A stretch of 34,242 bases of DNA from assembly GCF_006345805.1 (NCBI RefSeq), contig NW_021831732.1, forward strand, positions 1 through 34,242, written 5' to 3'. Each line of letters starts with the position of its first letter. The first letter of the stretch is position 1. Of this stretch, positions 21,429-31,852 are shown piece after piece. Origin of the DNA: Octopus sinensis (taxonomy: Eukaryota). The position numbers and the translations under genes were made by a program. The notes under the pieces were generated by a model. It did no database searches, was not told the origin of the DNA, and worked only from the letters and a program-made list of their open reading frames with translations.

Positions 21429-21739
21429 TGGTAGCCATGGTTGGAGCATCTCGGATTAGCTTTGACCTTGGGCTAAACAAAAGATAACAAAAATGTAAAT
21501 ATAAAAACTCAACAAAACTATTTGTAATTTTTAATTTTTTTTTTTTATTTATAATTGTTAAATTTCAGAATTAGGAAAAACTGTATTTTTTAATTTTTAT
21601 TTCATTTAAAACAGTTATAATTGGAGATAGGGGTGGGTGAATAGACAGACAAATCTACCCCTTTATCTAGCTCACTGTCAAACTAATTAGGGAGCTAGAC
21701 AGAGGTATGTCTTAATGAGACAACGGTATGCATTGAATG

Positions 21740-22960
21740 CAGTGGTTCTCAACTTTGGCCCCTATGACTCCTGGATATGTATATAAGATTTTTAAGGGTC
21801 CATGCTGACAAAACAGTTCATTGGGGACCTACAGTAGTAATTTAAGGGGCCACATAAATGTATTTATTGTAAGAAACAGCTTGGGTCCTTTCTCCAACTT
21901 TGGCCCCTATGACTCCTTGGTGTGTATATAAGATTTTTAAGGGTCCATGCTGACAAAACAGTTCATTGGGGACCTACAGTAGTAATTTAAGGGGCCACAT
22001 AAATGTATTTATTGTAAGAAACAGCTTGGGTCCTTTCTCCAACTTTGGCCCCTATGACTCCTTGGTGTGTATATAAGATTTTTAAGGGTCCATGCTGACA
22101 AAACAGTTCATTGGGGACCTACAGTAGTAATTTAAGGGGCCACATAAATGTATTTATTGTAAGAAACAGGTTGGGTCCTTTCTCCAACTTTGGCCCCTAT
22201 GACTCCTTGGTGTGTATATAAGATTTTTAAGGGTCCATGCTGACAAAACAGTTCATTGGGGACCTACAGTAGTAATTAAGGGGCCACATAAATGTATTTA
22301 TTGTAAGAAACAGCTTGGGTCCTTTCTCCAACTTTGGCCCCTATGACTCCTTGGTGTGTATATAAGATTTTTAAGGGTCCATGCTGACAAAACAGTTCAT
22401 TGGGGACCTACAGTAGTAATTAAGGGGCCACATAAATGTATTTATTGTAAGAAACAGGTTGGGTCCTTTCTCCAACTTTGGCCCCTATGACTCCTTGGTG
22501 TGTATATAAGATTTTTAAGGGTCCATGCTGACAAAACAGTTCATTGGGGACCTACAGTAGTAATTTAAGGGGCCACATAAATGTATTTATTGTAAGAAAC
22601 AGGTTGGGTCCTTTCCCTAACATTTTCCAGGGTTCATCCAACTCAAGTGAATGTGTGAGAAACAAAATAGGATTTTTGAAAGACATTTCTTTTAAACTAA
22701 TCTTTAAACATTGAATAGCTTTTGTGGGTCCACCAAAATAAAATAGTAATTAAAGGGGGCTCCATGCAAGCAAAGTAGTAAATTTGGGATCCACAATAGT
22801 ATTTTAAGGGCCCCTGTAAATATTTAGTTTTAGATGTGTGTATTGGTTATGTATTGCAAGAAACAGCTGGGTTTCTTTCTCTAACATTTTACAGAGTTCA
22901 ACTTACACAAGTTGACGTGTAGAAAACGAAACAGGAATTCGGAAAGAAGTTTCTAGAAAA
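21740..22960 (+). mobile_element. hAT-derived element containing a 144-145-bp tandem array (6 units, 21751-~22614)
   Basis: Starts CAGTGGTTCTCAAC. Unit starts at 21751, 21896, 22041, 22186, 22330 and 22474. A diverged related unit lies at ~22720-22960. Confidence 0.75.
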
Positions 22961-23048
22961 CTAGTTTTTAAATGTCAAATGGCTAATGGGATCCACCAGA
23001 GTAAAATTGTAATCAATATATATACATATATATACACACACACACACA

Positions 23049-23424
23049 GGCGCAGGAGTGGCTGTGTGGTAAGTAGCTTGCCTACCAACCACATGGTTCT
23101 GGGTTCAGTCCCACTGCGTGGCATCATGGGCAAGTGTCTTCTGCTATAGCCTCGGGCCGACCAAAGCCTTGTGAGTGGATTTGGTAGACGGAAACTGAAA
23201 GAAGCCTGTCGTATATATGTATATATATATGTATGTATGTATGTGTGTGTATATGTTTGTGTGTCTGTGTTTGTCCCTCTAGCATTGCTTGACAACCGAT
23301 GCTGGTGTGTTTGCGTCCCCGTCACTTGGCGGTTCGGCAAAAGAGACCGATAGAATAAGTACTAAAGGTGGTGCTCCAGCATGGCTGCAGTCAAATGACT
23401 GAAACAACTAAAAGAGTAAAGAGA

Positions 23425-23426
<2 letters not shown>
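23049..23426 (+). mobile_element. SINE family A
   Basis: Head and tail match, with a short internal deletion. Confidence 0.9.
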
Positions 23427-23455
<29 letters not shown>

Positions 23456-23497
23456 TAGATAGATAGATAGATATGTATGAATATATAGATATGTATG

Positions 23498-23548
<51 letters not shown>

Positions 23549-23803
23549 ATATATGTATCAAAAGAAAAACAGGACGCAAAGGATCTTGCGGTACATGTTT
23601 CTGGCTTTATTGAACTATTTATATCAATGCATAATTGATATAACATGTAGGTCAACAGCCTTCTTCAGCCGCGTATATCATGTTATATCAATTATGTTAT
23701 ATCATGTTATATCAATCATGCATTGATATAAATAGTTCAATAAAGCCAGAAACATATGTACTGCAAGATCCTTTGCGTCCTGTTTTTCTTTTGATACATA
23801 TAT
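23549..23803. repeat. Near-perfect ~100-bp inverted repeat (23549-23647 / 23703-23803)
   Basis: Arms differ by two substitutions and one 2-nt indel. Confidence 0.92.
23588..23672 (-). ncRNA. Minimal type-I hammerhead ribozyme motif (Penelope-type), sense to the host gene
   Basis: Minus strand: stem I GCGG/CCGC, CTGAAGA (23668-23662), stem II GGCT/AGCC, GAAA (23601-23598), palindromic stem III ACATGT, GUA site at 23594-23592. Confidence 0.75.
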
Positions 23804-23876
23804 CCTATCACCTATGCTACTAGCTGGCATATACAGGTGCTTACAGTTATCAAGTATTCACCCTGAATTTTTTGTA

Positions 23877-23924
<48 letters not shown>

Positions 23925-24205
23925 CACACACACATCATCATCATCGTTTAACGTCCGTTTTCCACGCTAGCACGTGTTGGACACATATATATATACATAC
24001 ATACATATACAGTGAGAGGTTAGGTAGAGATAGGCAGGTGTATATAATATAGAATTTCACACACACATGGTCAGGTACATAGGTTGGTGTGTATATATAA
24101 TGGTGTAGCATTAAATGTGTGTATATGTACATACACATGTATATATCGAGGTTAAGTTGAGATAGGTGTGTATATATAATGGCATGGACTAGTTAGACTT
24201 GTATA

Positions 24206-24419
24206 CAGAAGGAGGTGCTGAAAAGTTCCTGGTTTTAAGGATATCGCGAAAATCCAGGTGGGAGGTTTAACCTTCTGGGTTCTTTTACAGGGCTCAGAAA
24301 AACTGGAGGACCACTGCAATAAGTGTGGGGATCTGAGAGGGGAATATGTTGAATAAAATTGTAATTAACTGATCCTTCTATATTTTCTTTTGCCCAAGGC
24401 CTGGAATTTTTCAGGTCTC

Positions 24420-24423
<4 letters not shown>
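24206..24423. mobile_element. Tc1/mariner-derived MITE
   Basis: TA|CAGAAGGAGGTGCTGAAAAGTTCC and GGAATTTTTCAGGTCTCCCTT|ATA degenerate TIRs with TA flanks. Confidence 0.7.
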
Positions 24424-24453
<30 letters not shown>

Positions 24454-24461
<8 letters not shown>

Positions 24462-24679
24462 GTTGTTTACTGTCAATTGAATGTGACAGTTGGGAATTAC
24501 ACCACTGCTGTTTAGCCCTAGGAAGCATCGACGCTTCCTGTTGGCTTCGACACATTTCCTGTGTCCTTATATAGGAAATGTGTCGAACCCGACAAGAAGC
24601 GTCGATGCTTCCTAGGGCTAAACAGCGGTGGTGTAATCCCCTACTGTCACGTTAAATTGACAGTACACAACCATTCTAT
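24454..24679. repeat. Fold-back element with 107-bp arms and a 12-nt loop
   Basis: 24454-24560 versus 24573-24679: 9 mismatches, no gaps. Confidence 0.92.
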
Positions 24680-24808
24680 CGCCCCACCACCGTACATATC
24701 TCTATGAGATATTTAGAAATTTAATATATATAATATATATATATATTATATATATATATATTATATTAAATTAGAGTTCATTGCTAAAGCTCACTAAGAT
24801 AAATATTT

Positions 24809-24885
24809 CAATTACCTGAAGATTGACTGTAACCATAACTCGAATTATTACGAATTGGACAGCCATGAAACGATCGTAGTGTTTT
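24809..24885 (+). ncRNA. Degenerate minimal type-I hammerhead motif in a probable Penelope-like tail (~24770-25110)
   Basis: CTGAAGA (24816-24822), stem II TG.CTGT/ACAG.CA, GAAA (24867-24870), palindrome ACGATCGT, GUA site, partial stem I. Confidence 0.55.
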
Positions 24886-25107
24886 ACTCATTATCTTTTA
24901 TTAAACTTTTAATACTTTTGATATATATTTAAAATAATATAATTTAATTAATCTTATGTATTGGCTTAAGTTTTTCATTGTTTGATTTGCCTATTAGTGG
25001 TTTTATCTCTAATTTAATATAATATAATATATTTATACTATAAAATTGGATTTAATCCTAAATCTGATTTTTCCCTGTAAGTTTGGATTTATTCCCTAAT
25101 ATTTTAT

Positions 25108-25141
<34 letters not shown>

Positions 25142-25701
25142 ACATACATATATATTTGCGTGTGTGTGTGTGTATTCTGGGGTTGGACTGTTAAAGTTCA
25201 TGGTTGCTATAGATTCATGTTTGTGAAACAGCTTTTGGGGAGGCAGGGAATAAGGGTGGGGTGGGGGAATACATGGGTGTGTGTATAGGAAAGCAAAAAA
25301 GAGTACATTTTATATAGTCTGATGTAATGTGATAATTTTTTTTTTTTTTTACTCAAACAATTCACTTTCTTTGCAGATCTCTTCTCTTGAATTTCATTCT
25401 GCTGGATTCATCAGGGAAAAAACCAAACCAACCACACGCAAACACTTGCACACACACACACACACACACATATACATCAGTGGTGTCACCTAGGGGGGGG
25501 GGTTAATAATTCTTTTATTTTTATTTTTTTATTTTTTGTGAAATACATATGTTACAATAGATTTCTGTGCATCACAAAGAAGAGAAATGTCAATTCCAGA
25601 AAGTTCCGCCTGAAAAAATAAAGAATTTGAAAAATGTTATTAATATGGCAAAAAGCAGGAATCTGAAATTAAACTTTTTAAAAATTTATTTTATAGTAAT
25701 A

Positions 25702-26443
25702 GGCGTAGGAGTGGCTGTGTGGTAAGTAGCTTGCTTACCACCACATGGTTCCGGGTTCAGTCCCACTGCGTGGCACCTTGGGTAAGTGTCTTCTGCTATA
25801 GCCCCGGGCCGACCAATGCCTTGTGAGTGGATTTGGTAGATGGAAACTGAAAGAAGCCTGTCGTATATATGTATATATATATATATGTATGTATGTGTGT
25901 GTATATGTTTGTCCCCCTAGCATTGCTTGACAACCGATGCTGGTGTGTTTACGTGCCCGTCACTTAGCGGTTCAGCAAAAGAGAACGATAGAATAAGTAC
26001 TGGGCTTACAATGAATAAGTCCCGGGGTCGATTTGCTCGACTAAAGGCGGTGCTCCAGCATGACCGCATTCAAATGACTGAAACAAGTAAAAGAGTAAAA
26101 GAGTAAAGAGTAATTGTAGTGTGAAGGCGCAAGGCTCAGTGGTTAGAGAGTCGGGCTTACAATCGTGAGGTTGTGAGTTCGAATCCCAGACCGGGCTACG
26201 TGTTGTGTGCTTGAGCAAGACACTTTATTTCACGTTGCTGTAGAAATGAGTTGCGACGTCACAGGTGCCAAGCTGTATCGGCCCCTTAGCCTTTCCCTTG
26301 GATAACATTGGTGGCATGGAGAAGGGAGCCTGGTATGCATGGGCGACTGTTGGTCTTCCATAAACAACCTTGCCTGAACTTGTACCTGGGAGGGTAACTT
26401 TCTAGGTGCAATCCCATGGTCAGTCATGACCGAAGGGGGTCAC
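25702..26443 (+). mobile_element. SINE family A (25702-26111) followed by SINE family D (26123-26443)
   Basis: Direct matches to other copies in the window. Confidence 0.88.
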
Positions 26444-26486
26444 AAACACAAGTAGTTGTAGTATTGTTAAACCCTTTACCATTTAA

Positions 26487-27721
26487 CCCTTTCGTTACCG
26501 ACCCAGCCAAAACCGGCTCTGGCTCCGTAGTAGAAATATCTTGCTTTCATAAGTTTTGAATTAAAATCTTCCACCAAACCTTAGTCACAATTTATGTTCC
26601 TAACACCAGCTTAATGATAACTAAGTTATTTTACTAAATTCTTTGTTATATTTAAAATTAATTGAATGAAACACAGAACATCTCAACAGAAATATGGTAA
26701 CAAAAGGGTTAAAATATATAATAGAGAAACAATTCTTAACCCTTTTGATACCAACCTGGCTGAAACCACCTCTGGCTCTGCAGTACAAATTTCTTGTTTT
26801 CATAAGTTCTGAATAAAAATCTTCCACCAAACCTTAGTCACAATTTATGTTCCTACACCAGCTTAATGATAACTAAGTTATTTTACTAAATTCTTTGTTA
26901 TATTTAAAATTAATTGAAAGAAACACAGAACATCTCAACAGAAATATGGTAACAAAAGGGTTAAAATATATAATAGAGAAACAATTCTTAACCCTTTTGA
27001 TACCAACCTGGCTGAAACCACCTCTGGCTCTGCAGTACAAATTTCTTGTTTTCATAAGTTCTGAATAAAAATCTTCCACCAAACCTTAGTCACAATTTAT
27101 GTTCCTAACACTAGCTTAATGATAACTAAGTTATTTTACTAAATTCTTTGTTATATTTAAAATTAATTGAAAGAAACACAGAACATCTCAACAGAAATAT
27201 GGTAACAAAAGGGTTAAAATATATAATAGAGAAACAATTCTTAACCCTTTTGATACCAACCTGGCTGAAACCACCTCTGGCTCTGCAGTACAAATTTCTT
27301 GTTTTCATAAGTTCTGAATAAAAATCTTCCACCAAACCTTAGTCACAATTTATGTTCCTAACACCAGCTTAATGATAACTAAGTTATTTTACTAAATTCT
27401 TTGTTATATTTAAAATTAATTGAAAGAAACACAGAACATCTCAACAGAAATATGGTAACAAAAGGGTTAAAATATATAATAGAGAGAAACAATTCTTAAC
27501 CCTTTTGATACCAACCTGGCTGAAACCACCTCTGGCTCTGCAGTACAAATTTCTTGTTTTCATAAGTTCTGAATAAAAATCTTCCACCAAACCTTAGTCA
27601 CAATTTATGTTCCTAACACCAGCTTAATGATAACTAAGTTATTTTACTAAATTCTTTGTTATATTTAAAATTAATTGAAAGAAACACAGAACATCTCAAC
27701 AGAAATAGGGTAACAAAAGGG
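26487..27721. mobile_element. Head-to-tail array of five piggyBac-type MITEs (~222 bp, period ~253 bp)
   Basis: Each unit reads TTAA|CCCTTT...GGTAACAAAAGGG|TTAA. Starts at 26487, 26740, 26992, 27245 and 27500. The spacer AATATATAATAGAGAAACAATTC is repeated four times. Confidence 0.9.
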
Positions 27722-27909
27722 TTAAACTCCATATCTAGCCCAAATATTCCACCTGTTTTATGTTTAAACAGGCCAGATCAGGCTTCTCACGCCTACCCTG
27801 CAATGTCATTCTAAAACTAAACAATCACGTCATTGAAATATCTCAAAGCCAAGAGATTATTTATGATTAATTCAAAACAATGTGAATTAATAAGCATTAC
27901 TTTTGATGT

Positions 27910-28445
27910 CTTGCAAAGAACTTGCACATGCAAGTGCTACCAGTTAAAAGCTCCGTATACCGGAAGCTAGCAAGTGTATGGGGTCATCAGGAGAGAATGC
28001 GCGCCGTTTCGGGGCCTACCTCTCGACGGCATCAATGCGCACCGGCCCCCCCCCTCACTGATATGAGGCCCCGCTTGCTAGATCAGCTGGTTATGAAGAA
28101 CTCAATATACTTCTAGCCATCGCTCATCGTCTCTTTTTAACCAAATCCAGTGGCTAGCCTTCTCCACTGCAGATTGGATATCAGTCATGGTGGTATTGAC
28201 TTTACGATGAGTTAGGCCTAGCGATAACAACAGTCGTCTCACGCTGTGTCCAAGAAACCCTCTACATCTGAAAGCATTTAAACCAGCCATATCTGATGCA
28301 AATATTCAGCGTCCCCAAAGTCCATCCCCTCCTCACCATGGTGGGGACACTGGCAATGGGTAGTGTCAGAGCTATGCCGTCAGGAACTTCGGTCCCTGGT
28401 AGGGGCCACCCAAGGTGGATTGGTCTAACACTGAGCAGTATTAGG
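27910..28445 (-). pseudogene. Decayed 3' fragment of a restriction-like-endonuclease LINE (Hero/NeSL-like)
   Basis: Remnant peptides RP....W....IALTLP, GW, CRGFLGHSVRRLLLSLG and AVEKASHWIWLKR resemble RLE C-termini. Clade call is from memory. Confidence 0.65.
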
Positions 28446-28459
28446 GCCACATATATATA

Positions 28460-28844
28460 GGCATAGGAGTGGCTGTGTGGTAAGTAGCTTGCTTACAAAC
28501 CACATGGTTCCAGGTTCAGTCCCACTGCGTGGCATCTTGGGCAAGTGTCTTCTACTATAGCCTCGGGCCGACCAAAGCCTTGTGAGTGGATTTGGTAGAC
28601 GGAAACTGAAAGAAGCCCGTTGTATATATGTGTGTTTGTGTATGTGTTTGTGTGTCTGTGTTTGTCCCCCCAACATTGCTTGACAACCGATGCTGGTGTG
28701 TTTACGTCCCCGTAACTTAGCGGTTCAGCAAAAGAGACCGATAGAATAAGTACTAGGCTTACAAAGAATGTCCTCGATTTGCTCGACTAAAGGCGGTGCT
28801 CCAGCATAGCCACAGTCAAATGACTGAAACAAGTAAAAGAGAGT
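28460..28844 (+). mobile_element. SINE family A
   Basis: Full head-to-tail match. Confidence 0.9.
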
Positions 28845-29165
28845 ATATATGTGTGTATTTGTGAGTGTATTTTTGTGTCTGTTTGGTTCCCTACAACCAC
28901 CTCTTTGTAACCTATGTTGGTGTGTTTATGTTCTTGTAACCGAGCATTTCAGTAAAGGGGACTGATAAAATAAGTATCAGGCTTAAAAAAAATTACTGGG
29001 GTTATTTCCTTTGATTAAAATTTCTTTGGGGTAGTGCCCCAGCATGGCCACAGTCTAATGGCTGAAAGAAGTGAGAAATAAAAGACAAAAAGATATGTAT
29101 GCTGCAATGGGTATGTAACTAGTTCAAACTGGTTTACCTTCTCTGTTCGTGTCTGTCTGTGTGTC

Positions 29166-29334
29166 CTAGAAACATGACACTCCTGCATCCTCATAGTGAG
29201 CGCAGTTGTGGTTTAACCATCCGTTGTGTTGACAATCAGACAGAGAGAGTTCGTTACCTAGGCAACTGACGTCATCCATGGCTATTTGACCGGTTCCAGC
29301 TCCAAATGCTGCCAACATGATGGCACGCCCACGT
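29166..29334 (-). CDS. Exon, C-half of SRCR domain 2: [55 protein letters not shown]-stop (may extend to a donor at 29138)
   Basis: Acceptor TTTTCTCTTCCTGTAG, phase 2 matches the preceding exon, four SRCR cysteines. Not present in the supplied ORF track. Confidence 0.9.
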
Positions 29335-29924
29335 CTACAGGAAGAGAAAAAATTTTAAAAAACAGGCATTTTAACGTTTGTAAATGGTGTGTCATGGGAT
29401 TGTTAACACTAAGGCAATGATACAGGTGTGGTACTCAAGAATTATTCTGCAAACATAATTTACTATTACTTGTACCTATGTTGTTTAATTTTTGGTACAA
29501 TTACAACAAAATTGGGGCATTTTGACACCAGAGCAATTTGGATACAGACTTTAAAATGTTCACTTAAAGAGAATAACAAGCTACATAATGCAAAATTTTT
29601 ACTTTTCAAAAATTCCAATTCTAAAGGGTTGAAACAAACCCGAGCAACTCTGGGCGATACTGCTGGTATATATATAAAGCTGAAGTTGCCTGTGAGTGGC
29701 AGGTTTGGTAGCCTTCAACTAACACTATCTCTTCCGAGACCCTGCGGCGCAAGGTGACCAAAATTGAGAGTATGATAGAAGAAGGCTTGCTCTTCATACC
29801 ATAGAAGATAAAATTCAAATCGGACCATGTTAACACCAAAAATTATTTACATCAAAAAGGTGCTTTTTTTGCATGAAAATCCCGATTTTTTACGATTTTT
29901 TACCTGTGGCGACATTCACCCTGG

Positions 29925-30190
29925 GTGGGTTTAGTCGGCTTCTTCTACCACCCTCGAGGCAGCTCGAACCATGGCAACCCACGCACGACGGTCCTGCGCC
30001 AGTTCACTGGAGATAGCGAGCCAGTCACAGTTCCATTGGCGCAGGCCCACCACCTGCGGTCCCGTGAGCACAGAGAGGTCCTCCTTGATCGTTGTAACCA
30101 AGGTCTTCAGCTGACCGCCCGCACGTTTCTGCCAGTTGGGAAGTGGAGTTGGGAGAAGGACAGCTCCACTTCCCAACTAGCAGAAACGCC
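29925..30190 (-). pseudogene. LINE ORF C-terminal fragment (RTE-like)
   Basis: WQKRAGGQLKTLVTTIKEDL...LAQDRRAWVAMV resembles RTE-type C-termini. Confidence 0.65.
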
Positions 30191-30336
30191 CGGGCGGGCA
30201 GCTGAATTATATTTCATGAACTTCTTCCATGAAATATAATTTAGATCGCTTTAACCCTTTACTTACCAGATTTCAGCATAAATAGATATATTTTGGTGTA
30301 AAAACCCTTTAAAAAGAATGTTGGTGGGTTACTCAC

Positions 30337-30481
30337 GTGTAGCCCAGCATTCGACAGACAACGGTGGCATCCCTCTCGTCCCATGAATCATCACATATTG
30401 TACCCCAGACACCTGCATGGTAAATCTCAACACGTCCTTCATTGGGTGCATTACCACCAACTAACTTGACTGACCCTTCAC
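30337..30481 (-). CDS. Exon, N-half of SRCR domain 2: [49 protein letters not shown]
   Basis: Acceptor TATTATTCAG, donor AC|GTGAGT, phases 1-2. Classic GRVE..WGT.CDD.W..VVCR.LG motif. Six Cys over two exons indicates group A SRCR. Confidence 0.94.
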
Positions 30482-30517
30482 CTGAATAATAGACAGACCA
30501 AAATTTCTTATTAACTC

Positions 30518-30549
<32 letters not shown>

Positions 30550-31389
30550 GATAGATAGAGATAGATAGATATAGAGAGATAGATAGATATATAGATAGAG
30601 AGATTATAGATTATAGATAAATGTATATTCTTAGCCTCGTGGCTGTCCATTGAATCGATGTATAGCTAGGGGTTATCAAATAAGGAGGTCTGAACTTACT
30701 TGAGGGAGGATAGGTCACAGGTTCTGGCAGGTTTTCAATTTCTGTAATGTTTGGTGTCTGTAAAGTTGTCGCAGGAGCTGTAAAAGATGATAACGGAATG
30801 AGAAATGTTAAAATTACTGTATTTTCCAGCTTAGAAAGTCAGATTTTACTGAGCAAGATTTACAGCCAAAAGTAAGTTGCCTTATAAAATGAGATGACTT
30901 TGGACGGCCAAAGATTCCATGTGGAATGCAGCAAGATTTGAAAAGATTGGACTGATGTTCAAATGTTTACAAGATGAGCGTGTGCTGAAAAGGTCTTGGT
31001 TTGGGGTTTAAGAAAATACAGGAGAATCAGGCCAGAACAGTACTGGAGGAGAATTTTCCATCATGGACAAGTGGCTTTTGGAAGAGGAGCCTTGCAAGTC
31101 TACCAGATAGATGGAAGAACATTGTAGAAAATGAAGGAGAGTCTATTTTAGATTAAAAAAGAAGTTTGTTTATGGTAATTTTGAAAAATAAAAGAAGTAT
31201 AAAAATATCCTCATTATTTATGCGATGATCCAGTAAATTGACTCGGAAAATACTCTATGTCTGAATAAAAGATGTGATGGTCACAGCTGGAACATTTTTA
31301 ATCATAGGTCTGTCTGTATCAGGACTGACCTAGGGTTAAACAATAGGCATTAATACAACCTACTACACTACACGTTTCTATCATTATCA

Positions 31390-31637
31390 TCATCATCATC
31401 ATCATCGTTTAACGTCTGCTTTCCATGCTAGCATGGGTTGGATGATTTTGACTGAGGTCTGGCAAACCAGATGGTTGCACCAGGAACCAATCTTGATTTG
31501 GCAGAGTTTCTACAGATGGATGCCCTTCAAGCCAGAAGGCTGCACCAGGCTCCAGTCTGATCTGGCAGAGTTTCTACAGTTGGATGCCCTTCCTAACGCC
31601 AACCACTCCAAGAGTGTAGTGGGTGCTTTTATATATA

Positions 31638-31684
<47 letters not shown>

Positions 31685-31852
31685 ATTATTATCATTGTTT
31701 AACGTCCGCTTTCCATGCTGGCGTGGGTTGGATGATTTTGACTGAGGGCTGGCAAACCAGATGGTTGCACCAGGCTCCAGTCTGATCTGGAAGAGTTTCT
31801 ACAGTTGGATGCCCTTCCTAACGCCAACCACTCCGAGAGTGTAGTGGGTGCA
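31390..31852 (-). mobile_element. Two adjacent RTE 3'-end fragments
   Basis: CATCATC..GTTTAACGTC tails at ~31390 and ~31693, with internal duplication. Confidence 0.8.

Noticed and set aside
25360-25425. CTGATGA...GAAA on the minus strand (also lone cores at 12699 and 20197 on plus)
   Set aside because: There is no GUH site with matching stem III and stem I, so at best it is a heavily decayed motif.
26487-27721. Repeat-spacer pattern and triplicated 69-aa ORF resembling a CRISPR array or gene cluster
   Set aside because: Repeats are 222-bp MITEs, spacers are identical, there are no cas genes and the context is eukaryotic.
27975-28015. GAAAC...CTGATGA on the minus strand in the RLE-LINE 3' UTR as a permuted hammerhead
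   Set aside because: Stems I, II and III cannot be formed around the core.
9637-28676. Recurrent short ORFs such as MLGGQTQTHT..., MRNWYLIYRP... and MFLQLDALPNAN...
   Set aside because: They fall inside SINE or RTE 3' UTR copies and recur because the repeat recurs.
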